A stretch of DNA of 64,000 nt, taken from an uncultured Thermotogaceae bacterium. Its GTDB lineage: Bacteria > Thermotogota > Thermotogae > Petrotogales > Kosmotogaceae. A program made the position numbers and the translations under genes. The notes below the pieces were generated by a model. The model was not told the DNA's origin and made no database searches. It worked only from the letters and a program-made list of their open reading frames with translations. Positions 9,534 to 17,334 of this stretch are shown here, in pieces (position 1 is the stretch's first letter; each line of letters begins with the position of its first letter). The DNA lies in NCBI GenBank assembly GCA_964441735.1, contig CAYTVB010000001.1, forward strand, positions 1,164-65,163, written 5' to 3'.

Positions 9534-9722
9534 CTATCCGCCACGTGCATTTTCAACAATAATTACAGTGGCCTTCTTTGAAATATTATCATTTGCTTCC
9601 AATTTTTTCCCGTCAGCCAGTACAAAAACTTTCTCTCTGTCTATCATTAATTTGGTCAGTAGTTCATCAACAGACAATTCTTTTTCAAAACACCAGATTT
9701 TTTCATCATATAATACTTTCAT
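9534..9722 (-). CDS. ThiS/MoaD-like beta-grasp small protein ending in Gly-Gly
   Basis: 62 aa from ATG 9722 (AGGAGA upstream). The C-terminus ...VENARGG stop is typical of sulfur-carrier/ubiquitin-like proteins. Confidence 0.55.
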   Translation of the reverse strand: MKVLYDEKIWCFEKELSVDELLTKLMIDREKVFVLADGKKLEANDNISKKATVIIVENARGG

Positions 9723-9855
9723 TGCGTTTCTCCTGAACGACAAAGGGTAGTTGAGATAGTTCATAGTTTACTGAAGAACATTCTGTAATTTAACTACAGA
9801 CAATATCCTGTATATTCTATCACAGCAAACAGATTTAGTCTTCACAGAATGTTCA

Positions 9856-9884
9856 TTGAAAGAGACCTGCCACTGTGCTAGAAT
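9856..9884 (+). promoter_or_regulatory. Sigma-70-type promoter of tRNA-Pro
   Basis: TTGAAA (9856-9861), a 17-nt spacer, then TAGAAT (9879-9884). The tRNA begins 8 nt downstream. Confidence 0.6.
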
Positions 9885-9892
9885 TATATTTG

Positions 9893-9968
9893 CGGGGAGT
9901 AGCGCAGATGGAAGCGTGTCTGCATGGGGCGTAGAAGGTCGCTGGTTCAAGTCCAGTCTCCCCGACCA
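9893..9968 (+). tRNA. tRNA-Pro (anticodon GGG), CCA encoded
   Basis: Hand-folded cloverleaf. Acceptor CGGGGAG/CTCCCCG, D stem GCGC/GCGT, anticodon stem TCTGC/GTAGA with loop ATGGGGC, T arm GCTGG-TTCAAGT-CCAGT, discriminator A plus CCA. Confidence 0.9.
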
Positions 9969-9972
9969 AAAA

Positions 9973-9998
9973 GCGGAGGAAATATCCTCCGCTTTTTT
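9973..9998 (+). terminator. Rho-independent terminator (copy 1, inside the direct repeat)
   Basis: GCGGAGGA-AATA-TCCTCCGC followed by TTTTTT. Confidence 0.75.
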
Positions 9999-10021
9999 CT
10001 TTTTTGTATTTACAGTCTTAT

Positions 10022-10160
10022 TTATTCAATTGTTATCAGGATATCGTCCATTATATATGGTTCGTCCTTTGTTCCACCGCCCAAATGATATGCTTTGGGT
10101 TCAGGGTACAGGTCGCGATACTTTGCTTCGATACCATCAAAGTCCCAGGTAGTTATATAG
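10022..10160 (-). pseudogene. Duplicated 3' fragment (stop plus last 45 codons) of the GH13 amylase gene
   Basis: Lies in repeat copy 1 and matches 12232-12370, which encodes ...YPEPKAYHLGGGTKDEPYIMDDILITIE stop. No upstream coding continuation past 10160. Confidence 0.85.
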
Positions 10161-10478
10161 TTTAATTTTTTAGTTTAAGTAAAATTTCCTATGTTCATTC
10201 TTCCTGAAGAACACTTTACAGAAACTATGTAAAGACTACATGCATTACTGATCTACGATTTTATACAATAAATTGAATATACATTTACGCTGCAATAATT
10301 ATCGAGAGGCTTTTAGTATATGGATACAATGTGAAGTGAAGTATTTATCGAAATCAAAAAAGCTGCTTTTTTGTTGGTTGGGTGTTTGCAGTAATCTATT
10401 AATTCTCATAGATAGGCATAAAATCATATTTACCAAAGCTAAAATAAATACTGAAATTTATTTACTATAAATTTCCAT

Positions 10479-10501
10479 ATACCATCAATTGATGGTATAA
10501 T
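10479..10501 (+). promoter_or_regulatory. Perfect 20-bp palindrome (putative antitoxin operator) overlapping a TATAAT -10 box
   Basis: ATACCATCAATTGATGGTAT at 10479-10498. TATAAT at 10496-10501. Lies 24 nt upstream of the toxin ORF. Confidence 0.55.
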
Positions 10502-10524
10502 GAAGTTGGGTTGTTTAGAAAGGA

Positions 10525-10872
10525 TTGAGGGTATTGTCTTTAGGGATAAAGCTTTTTTTGGAAAAAGTACGAAAATTAATTGAAGATGAGAAATATGAAT
10601 TTCTTAAAGGCAGATCAAAAAATAGAGAAACTTTAATAAAACTAGGTTTGACCGTTGAAAATGCGATAAATATTGTCTTTAACTTAGAAGAACGGGATTG
10701 TATTTCGGGTCCTAATGAAGAACTGAATAGCAATGAAAAAGAAGGAATCATTTATATTTTTATAAAACAACTAGAGGATCAAGAATTCCCGATAAAGCTA
10801 TATATTAAAATAAAAAAAGTAAAAGAGGAAGATATGATCGTTATTATTTCTTTTCACGAAACTTTGGGGTGA
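10525..10872 (+). CDS. MqsR-like toxin (putative mRNA interferase)
   Basis: 115-aa ORF. LEKVRKLIE..., KLGLTVENAINIV and C-terminal IVIISFHE parallel the E. coli MqsR layout (VKKLV..., ELGL..., LIVSFKE). Toxin-first order. Start is uncertain (TTG 10525, 10534 or 10558). Confidence 0.55.
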   Translation: MRVLSLGIKLFLEKVRKLIEDEKYEFLKGRSKNRETLIKLGLTVENAINIVFNLEERDCISGPNEELNSNEKEGIIYIFIKQLEDQEFPIKLYIKIKKVKEEDMIVIISFHETLG

Positions 10873-11906
10873 TGTGCATGATTAAGATAACTAAAAAAAG
10901 AGAAAAGTTATTTTGCGATAACTGTAATGAATATACTGATTATAAAGTAATAAAACGCCAAGAACGAATTGAAATTAAAGATGAAACTATTTCAACAGAA
11001 AGTAAAATAGCTATTTGCAAATCCTGTGGTAATGAACTTTTTGAACCTTACCTAGAAAATGAGAATTTAAAGCAAGTTTATCGTGAATATGCAAGAAGAA
11101 AGAATTTGGTTTTGCCTGATGAAATTAAAAAAATAAGAAAAAAATATGGCGTAAGTCAAAAGCTTTTTGCGATTATTCTTGGTGTAGGAAAAGCAACTAT
11201 AGAAAGATATGAAACAGGAGCTATACCTAGTTCTCTAATTAGTGAATTAATAAAAAAATCTAAGGAACCTCAGTTTTTCTTAGATCTCCTAGAAAAAAAC
11301 AAAGAAAATATTTCTAGAAGTGATTATAAAGAAATAAAGTCAAGAGTACAAAGGTTTATTAATGAAAAAAATCCAGTAAAAGAAATGACAAAGAAAATTA
11401 CAGAGATAATAATGGGACCAATTGAAGATATAGACAAGCTTGTAGGAATAATTACGGAGATTTTGCTTTCTCTTCGTAATAAAGGCTTTGAGTATTCTTA
11501 CCAGACAAAATTATATAAAATGATGTGGTTTGTAGAAGACGAATATAAAAATAGTTATGGTAAACCTTTATTGCCTATAAATTTCGCTCATGCTCCAAAT
11601 GGACCAATCCCAAATATCGGAATAGTTAACATAAATAAAGGTTACCGCTACTTACTGTCTTATTTGGAAGAACGTGGAGCTGTAGAAATCATAACAAATG
11701 AAGAAATTATTAACGGGAAACCTAAAGAAACAACTAAAATAGTGCTTAAAGATGAAAGTATGACTAAATACATTTCTGAAGATGAAAAAGAAATTGTTAA
11801 GAATGTTGTTGAAAAATATGGCCATTTAACTGGTAAAAAATTATCTGATATTTCTCATGAAGACGCAAGGTATAAAAACACAAAAGATGGAGATCCTATT
11901 GAGTAG
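10872..11906 (+). CDS. Antitoxin-like fusion: MqsA-type Zn ribbon + XRE HTH + DUF4065/Panacea-like C-terminal region
   Basis: CDNC...CKSC zinc ribbon. HTH KKYGVSQKLFAIILGVGKATIERYETG. Then KLYKMMWFVE, GKPLLPINFAHAPNGPIP and LSDISHED, as in DUF4065. The start overlaps the toxin stop (TGATG). ATG 10878 is an alternative. Confidence 0.65.
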   Translation: MCMIKITKKREKLFCDNCNEYTDYKVIKRQERIEIKDETISTESKIAICKSCGNELFEPYLENENLKQVYREYARRKNLVLPDEIKKIRKKYGVSQKLFAIILGVGKATIERYETGAIPSSLISELIKKSKEPQFFLDLLEKNKENISRSDYKEIKSRVQRFINEKNPVKEMTKKITEIIMGPIEDIDKLVGIITEILLSLRNKGFEYSYQTKLYKMMWFVEDEYKNSYGKPLLPINFAHAPNGPIPNIGIVNINKGYRYLLSYLEERGAVEIITNEEIINGKPKETTKIVLKDESMTKYISEDEKEIVKNVVEKYGHLTGKKLSDISHEDARYKNTKDGDPIE

Positions 11907-12177
11907 TAATTTCTTTTAATTGTAAAGTAGTTTGAAGATAGTTAATGAGCAACTGCAAAACATGAAATACTGGAAATTTCCATAAAAGCACTTTTAATGG
12001 CAGCCTTTTTTGTAAATAATAAACAAAATCCAAAAAGCTTTAATGATCAAAATTAAATAGAGTTAGCCCTATAATCATTAAGCCTTCCATCAAAACCGAA
12101 ACAATAAAGAAGAAATCAAGGAAGTAAGAGAAGAACAAAAGAATAATAGTGGAAAAATGTTTAAAATCATCGAGATT

Positions 12178-12370
12178 AAAAAGCGGAGGAAATATCCTCC
12201 GCTTTTTTCTTTTTTGTATTTACAGTCTTATTTATTCAATTGTTATCAGGATATCGTCCATTATATATGGTTCGTCCTTTGTTCCACCGCCCAAATGATA
12301 TGCTTTGGGTTCAGGGTACAGGTCGCGATACTTTGCTTCGATACCATCAAAGTCCCAGGTAGTTATATAG
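12178..12370. repeat. 193-bp direct repeat, copy 2
   Basis: Identical to 9968-10160. Contains the terminator and the genuine 3' end of the amylase gene. Confidence 0.95.
12183..12208. terminator. Bidirectional hairpin terminator (copy 2), serving the amylase gene
   Basis: GCGGAGGA-AATA-TCCTCCGC flanked by AAAAA on one side and TTTTTT on the other. Confidence 0.7.
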
Positions 12371-14745
12371 ATATTATATCCTTCAAGGCTTTCCGGTCTA
12401 TCAAGAAGTTCACCGGAGATAATCAATGTTACTTCGTTATTCATTTTGTTAGTTTTAACAAGCGGTGTTGGTGAGATTGGTGTTCCAAAATTATCAGGTC
12501 CACTTCCACTAGATGAATAGGCTACTATTGACCATCCGTTTGCGAATATAAAATAATCCCAGTCATAATCTCCAGGCATTGTTGCATTTAATTTTGGTAG
12601 AACGGTTGCTCCCTCTTTATCAGGATCATCTATAAAAACCTGGAATGTGACATGATCGAAACCATTTTGAGGACTCCATGAAGTGGTAAGATTTTTGGTT
12701 TTCATGGTAATGTTTACACTCGAACCTATTTTCTTCACTGTGACTCCCAGTAAATCCATCTGTTCATTGAATGTTATGTCTGTCGGATATTTGTAATCAC
12801 CGGTTGGTCCATGATCATCACCTTCAGGATCTTCTACCCGGGCAATTGTTTCTTCTGGAATATCCAGTACTACATTGTAGTCTTCAGAGTATTTAGAGTT
12901 TGTTCTCTTCTCTCCGTAAACCTTGAATAATATCGTATGGATTCCTGGATCAAATTTTGAGATATTCCACTCATATGACCATTTATTGTTTTTGACCGTA
13001 ACTTCAACTGCCTGATCAATACGTCTATCAAATATTATCCTCACTCTCTCTGCATTTTTTGTTGTCCCTGTTATTTCATAATTTGACGTTATTTTCATTC
13101 CGTCCTCAAGCTCGGGATAAATCTCTACTGAATGCTCATCAACCTCTCTTTTTTCTGATGTTGCCATACCAACATAAACACAGCGAGGATTCAAAACAAG
13201 ATCAATTTCTCCATCAGCATCAGTTGAATAGCTTTTTGCCAGTGTAGCTTCAGTAAACAAAGGTTTCACTACCGCGCCTGGATCTAAACCTGTTTCAAGA
13301 TTTGCAAGAATACGTCGTTCACTGGAGGTGTTGAAAAACACAAACGCAGTGTTTTCTCCATCATTTAGCTTGTAGGCAAAAACTCCTGGTCCATTGGGAT
13401 TTTCCTTCAATACTTTAACTGAGCCATATCGAAAAATCGGGTAATTCTTTCTCAATTCAGTTAATTCTTGAATATACTTGTACAATTCAAAGTCCCTGTT
13501 GTAGTTATCTTTATCTCCAGATGCATATCCTTCCTTGAACATGGCTGCTCTCGTTTCAGAAAAACCCTGTTCTGTTCCGTAGTAAACCGTAGGAATGCCC
13601 GGGATGGTAAATATAAATGACAGTGCCTGTTTTAGGTTTATCAAACCAGCACCCTGAAGAAATCGTTCCATATCGTGATTGTCCACAAAGGTAACCATTC
13701 GTTCGGGATTTTTATAGATCTTCTCTCTCTGTTCCAGTCTGTAAGCAAGATTTGACGTTGCTTTTCCTTCTTTGAAAACCTGTCTCAAAGCTATATTTAA
13801 TGGGAAATCAAGCATTGCATTCATTCCGTCATCAAAGTACTCTTTTATCTTCTTTTCTGCTGCGTTATCAAAAGCATCAGTGCTTACCCAGGCTTCTCCA
13901 AAGGTTATGAATGTATTTTCATCTTTTCCCGTTTCCCTGGCTGCTTCATATATGCCATCCTCACCCTTCAAGAATTCTTTCCAGAATTCGTGTGGGACGT
14001 AAATTACTGTATCTATTCTAAAACCATCTATGCCCACTTCTTTTATCCAGTGGGTATAGGAATCCTTTAAAGCTTCAATAACTTCAGGATTTTCCGTATT
14101 GAGATCATCAAGACCAGACATCTGGTAATTCAAGCGCTGTTCATCACTTTCAAAATTTGTAATATCTGGCGTCCAGTGATAGATATTTTCATCTTTATCC
14201 TCGTTGTAATTATTTAATGAAAAAGGATATTGAGTGGGAGCACTTGTTGGAGCGCTGTTTTCGTTTAGCTTGAATTCTCCATTAACAAATCGAAAGTAAT
14301 CACCAACATGATTGGTAACTATGTCCTGAATGACATATATGCCTCGTTTGTGAGCTTCGTTAACTAGTTTCTTATAAAGCTCCGTGTCACCAAAATGTTC
14401 ATCTATTTTTTTAAAATCACGTGCCCAGTATCCATGATATCCACCATAGTTTACCCATGGATTCCACCATTGATTGGCAATGGGAGGTGTTATCCATATT
14501 GCAGTAATTCCCAATTCGTCGAGATAATCAAGTTTGTTTATCAGTCCCTGCAGATCTCCACCATTGTAATGTGCGTTGTCAATTCCATATTCACCTTCAT
14601 TAAAATTATCATTTGTCTGGTCTCCATTTGCAAAACGGTCCAACATTAACATATATATAACCTGATCTTCCCATTGTGGTTCTGCAGCATACACTGAACC
14701 AACAATGACAGCAATCATAAACAATAAGATAATTTTCTTATACAC
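12232..14745 (-). CDS. Secreted GH13 alpha-amylase family enzyme with glucodextranase-like C-terminal module
   Basis: Signal peptide. GH13 blocks DRFANGD, GYHGYW, GFRIDTV, GEAW and FVDNHD. A long C-terminal beta-rich extension. GTG start after AAGGGGGT. Confidence 0.85.
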   Translation of the reverse strand: MYKKIILLFMIAVIVGSVYAAEPQWEDQVIYMLMLDRFANGDQTNDNFNEGEYGIDNAHYNGGDLQGLINKLDYLDELGITAIWITPPIANQWWNPWVNYGGYHGYWARDFKKIDEHFGDTELYKKLVNEAHKRGIYVIQDIVTNHVGDYFRFVNGEFKLNENSAPTSAPTQYPFSLNNYNEDKDENIYHWTPDITNFESDEQRLNYQMSGLDDLNTENPEVIEALKDSYTHWIKEVGIDGFRIDTVIYVPHEFWKEFLKGEDGIYEAARETGKDENTFITFGEAWVSTDAFDNAAEKKIKEYFDDGMNAMLDFPLNIALRQVFKEGKATSNLAYRLEQREKIYKNPERMVTFVDNHDMERFLQGAGLINLKQALSFIFTIPGIPTVYYGTEQGFSETRAAMFKEGYASGDKDNYNRDFELYKYIQELTELRKNYPIFRYGSVKVLKENPNGPGVFAYKLNDGENTAFVFFNTSSERRILANLETGLDPGAVVKPLFTEATLAKSYSTDADGEIDLVLNPRCVYVGMATSEKREVDEHSVEIYPELEDGMKITSNYEITGTTKNAERVRIIFDRRIDQAVEVTVKNNKWSYEWNISKFDPGIHTILFKVYGEKRTNSKYSEDYNVVLDIPEETIARVEDPEGDDHGPTGDYKYPTDITFNEQMDLLGVTVKKIGSSVNITMKTKNLTTSWSPQNGFDHVTFQVFIDDPDKEGATVLPKLNATMPGDYDWDYFIFANGWSIVAYSSSGSGPDNFGTPISPTPLVKTNKMNNEVTLIISGELLDRPESLEGYNIYITTWDFDGIEAKYRDLYPEPKAYHLGGGTKDEPYIMDDILITIE

Positions 14746-14759
14746 CTTTAAGACCCCCT

Positions 14760-15326
14760 TTATACAAAAATATTATTGAAAAATTCACCAAGATTTTTGA
14801 CTCTCAACCTGTGTTTGATATCCCTATTGTAAGGCCAGTCGAGAATGTATGTGTTTATTCCGTGGTCGATCAAATTTGTAATATGATGTGGTGCATCATC
14901 AACAGCATATTCTATTCCCAGTACTCTGCAAAGTTCTCCTTTATTAGAAGAAACTATAACTGAACCTGAAACACCCAGGGTCTTCTTAAGCCAATTTTGT
15001 GTTTGTGCCTGAACTGACCTACCTTTTATCGGAAAACGAGATGTAATGAAATAGATATCGTGTTTTCCTTCCTTTAGAATAGTTGAAAGCCTTTCAAGAT
15101 CTTCTTTTGAAGCGTACAGGGGAAGCGTTTCATAAAAATTTTCTGTATTTGTGATTTTCTCCCATACCTTTTCTTCTTTTTCAAGGGTTAATTCAGGGAT
15201 GTTTTTCCAGAAATCCCATTCCTTAACATCAACATTTACGGGTGTTCCATACATTTCATGGGCTACCTTAAGAAATGCTTTATTGAAATTGGTTAAGACA
15301 TCGTCCATATCGATCATTATTCTCAT
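14760..15326 (-). CDS. HAD-superfamily 5'(3')-deoxyribonucleotidase-like protein
   Basis: IDMDDVLTNF (DxDxT) at the N-terminus. 188 aa. NT5C-like layout. Confidence 0.55.
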   Translation of the reverse strand: MRIMIDMDDVLTNFNKAFLKVAHEMYGTPVNVDVKEWDFWKNIPELTLEKEEKVWEKITNTENFYETLPLYASKEDLERLSTILKEGKHDIYFITSRFPIKGRSVQAQTQNWLKKTLGVSGSVIVSSNKGELCRVLGIEYAVDDAPHHITNLIDHGINTYILDWPYNRDIKHRLRVKNLGEFFNNIFV

Positions 15327-15534
15327 TCAATCACCTCTTGTTCAAAAATATTATGTTAGACAAAAAAGTTTTCCAAAAAATTATAACTCAAATGTTTTTT
15401 GTTTATGTGAAGTTGATTTCAAAACGTTTTTTGATTGCAATATTATTATCTAGCTTAGAAAAAGCTGGTTTAACTCTTGCAAATTGTTCAATGTCTTTTA
15501 CAGAAAATGGTAAGCTCATTCAGGAGGTGATTAG

Positions 15535-17334
15535 ATGAAGAAAATATTTATTATTGCGCTTATCTGTTTTTCAATGCTCATTTTTGCCAATGGGTACGAT
15601 GTAGAAACACTTATGAAAAATATTGAGAATGATCCTGGTGACTATGAATCCCTTTCAAAACTGCTTGAGATTTATGAAAACGATGAAGACTATTATGGCT
15701 ATATAGACACTGTGATATCTGTTATCAACAGAATCGACGAGCCATCAAACAAGATATTGCCTTTCGTTCTACAGGCAGCCCGTTATGCTTCTGAAGAATA
15801 CCTGGATCAGGAAGAGATTGACTTATACACATATTTTCTCGTAAACAATCCAAATCTCGGAATTGTACACGAATTCTTTTCGGAATTGTATTATTTGTAC
15901 TTGAGTGATGCCATTAAAAAGGATGCAATACTCGAAATTGCAGAAGCTTTCGGAGATGTAGATGAATTTTTAGAACAAAGATATATGGAATATGAAGGTA
16001 CATACTATACTGATGTGACCAGGTTACTGGGTGAGTTATTGTTTGAAAGAGGAAAAACTGAATATATTATTCCATACATAATATCTGTCTTAAAGGAAGA
16101 AAACTTCGATGAAGTAAAAAGATTACTCAATGAGAATAAAGAAGCGCTGCAGGAAGAACCTGATTATTATTTCATACTGGGTATAATTAATACGTACAAC
16201 AAAGATTTAGAATCAGCTTTAGAGAATTTCACATACGGAAGATCTCTATCATCCAGTAACAAATTTGCTGAGTATCTTGATCTTATGTACTATGTTGAAG
16301 TCCCTGAGTATATTATTGATATCTATGATGCAGTTATAACTGCGGATTCCTCACAAACATTGCAGAATAATCTCCAGGAATATGTTCGTAAGCATTCTGA
16401 GATTCACTGGATTTCAAAATATATCAAAGATCTACCTGAACCTGTACCAATTTCTGAATTGCTTTCAGGTTATGAGGAGTTGTTCTTGATAACTTCATTT
16501 AACCCCGATAGTGAAAAGATACAACTCCTTTTACTCAACAGTGATGGTAAGCAAATTTTTAGATTTTCCAATGTTATCTATGGTAATTTCTTTAGCGATG
16601 GAATTATCTATTCATCAGGTTTTGAACAAGAAAAAATTGTATTCGAAGGAGAAACAAAAGAAACCTGGACAAATTACTCTTATTTTATTTCATCGCCTTT
16701 AAAAGATTCTTTGATACTGGTAAATGATTACGATGGAATACTTACATGTCTAAATGAAGATCTTTCAGTAAAATGGAACCTGGAAGCTGATTACTACGAT
16801 TACAACTCTTCCTGGTCTGCTAACGGAAAGTATTTTACTTTCTGTGATTACGACTACAATTTCTATATCGTAGATACATTATCCGGAACAATAATTGAAA
16901 CCTTTTCATCGGATCTCTATTATGAACAGGTGTTGGTTAGAAATAACGGAGAGATTTATATAATAAACAGCGATGGTAATATCGAAGGAATAAAACCCAA
17001 CAAACCTCTTTTAACCTCTAATACTGCCGTTTGGGCGTCATTTATAGATGATGAAACATTAATGTATCTTGAATCAGTTGAAGAACTCTTCCAGGACATT
17101 ATGAGGGTTAGAATTCATATCTATTCCCTTGAAAATCATACTGATCAAGTAATCGAAGAGTCAATGATTCTCGTTCCTGCACCGATTACCCAGATTGTCC
17201 ATAAAGACAATAAACTCTTCTACACAACATTTGAAGAAATGGCATCAGAATTCAAATATTATGATGTTGACACCGAAGAAACAAGAACACTTTTTACACT
17301 CGATCAGATGTTACTTTTTCCAGATATTTATTGA
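15535..17334 (+). CDS. Secreted hypothetical protein (helical repeat N-half, beta-propeller-like C-half)
   Basis: Signal peptide MKKIFIIALICFSMLIFA. Good RBS AGGAGGTGA. No catalytic motif recognised. Confidence 0.6.
   Translation: MKKIFIIALICFSMLIFANGYDVETLMKNIENDPGDYESLSKLLEIYENDEDYYGYIDTVISVINRIDEPSNKILPFVLQAARYASEEYLDQEEIDLYTYFLVNNPNLGIVHEFFSELYYLYLSDAIKKDAILEIAEAFGDVDEFLEQRYMEYEGTYYTDVTRLLGELLFERGKTEYIIPYIISVLKEENFDEVKRLLNENKEALQEEPDYYFILGIINTYNKDLESALENFTYGRSLSSSNKFAEYLDLMYYVEVPEYIIDIYDAVITADSSQTLQNNLQEYVRKHSEIHWISKYIKDLPEPVPISELLSGYEELFLITSFNPDSEKIQLLLLNSDGKQIFRFSNVIYGNFFSDGIIYSSGFEQEKIVFEGETKETWTNYSYFISSPLKDSLILVNDYDGILTCLNEDLSVKWNLEADYYDYNSSWSANGKYFTFCDYDYNFYIVDTLSGTIIETFSSDLYYEQVLVRNNGEIYIINSDGNIEGIKPNKPLLTSNTAVWASFIDDETLMYLESVEELFQDIMRVRIHIYSLENHTDQVIEESMILVPAPITQIVHKDNKLFYTTFEEMASEFKYYDVDTEETRTLFTLDQMLLFPDIY

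Larger units (their letters stand above)
9968..10160. repeat. 193-bp direct repeat, copy 1
   Basis: Identical base for base to 12178-12370, compared line by line (offset 2,210 bp). Starts at the terminal A of the tRNA CCA. Confidence 0.95.
10161..12177 (+). mobile_element. Inserted toxin-antitoxin cassette bounded by 193-bp direct repeats (no recombinase gene)
   Basis: Unique 2,017 bp between two perfect repeats next to a tRNA. Spot GC counts: 25-30% on two 60-nt lines here versus 40% on one line of the amylase gene. Contains only two convincing ORFs. Confidence 0.5.

Noticed and set aside
9774-9855. 11-bp inverted repeat GAACATTCTGT / ACAGAATGTTC with a 60-nt spacer, between the ThiS-like gene and the tRNA promoter.
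   Set aside because: About one such repeat is expected by chance in 64 kb, and the flanks do not extend the pairing. I kept only the promoter call.
9768-10152. ORFs 9768-9950 (-) and 9856-10152 (+).
   Set aside because: They run through the tRNA-Pro gene, its terminator and the duplicated amylase fragment. They are artefacts of the repeat rather than genes.
10273-10470. 65-aa ORF in the left part of the cassette.
   Set aside because: It has no RBS, an implausible sequence and no similarity to anything I recognise. The region more likely holds the cassette promoter.
10161-12177. Integrase, transposase, replication gene or terminal inverted repeats within the cassette.
   Set aside because: I looked at both strands and both ends. 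Only the two TA ORFs are credible, and the cassette ends show no inverted repeat. I therefore do not call it an IS, MITE or prophage.
12157-12474. ORF 12157-12474 (+), 105 aa.
   Set aside because: It is the mirror of the previous artefact in repeat copy 2, antisense to the genuine amylase 3' end.
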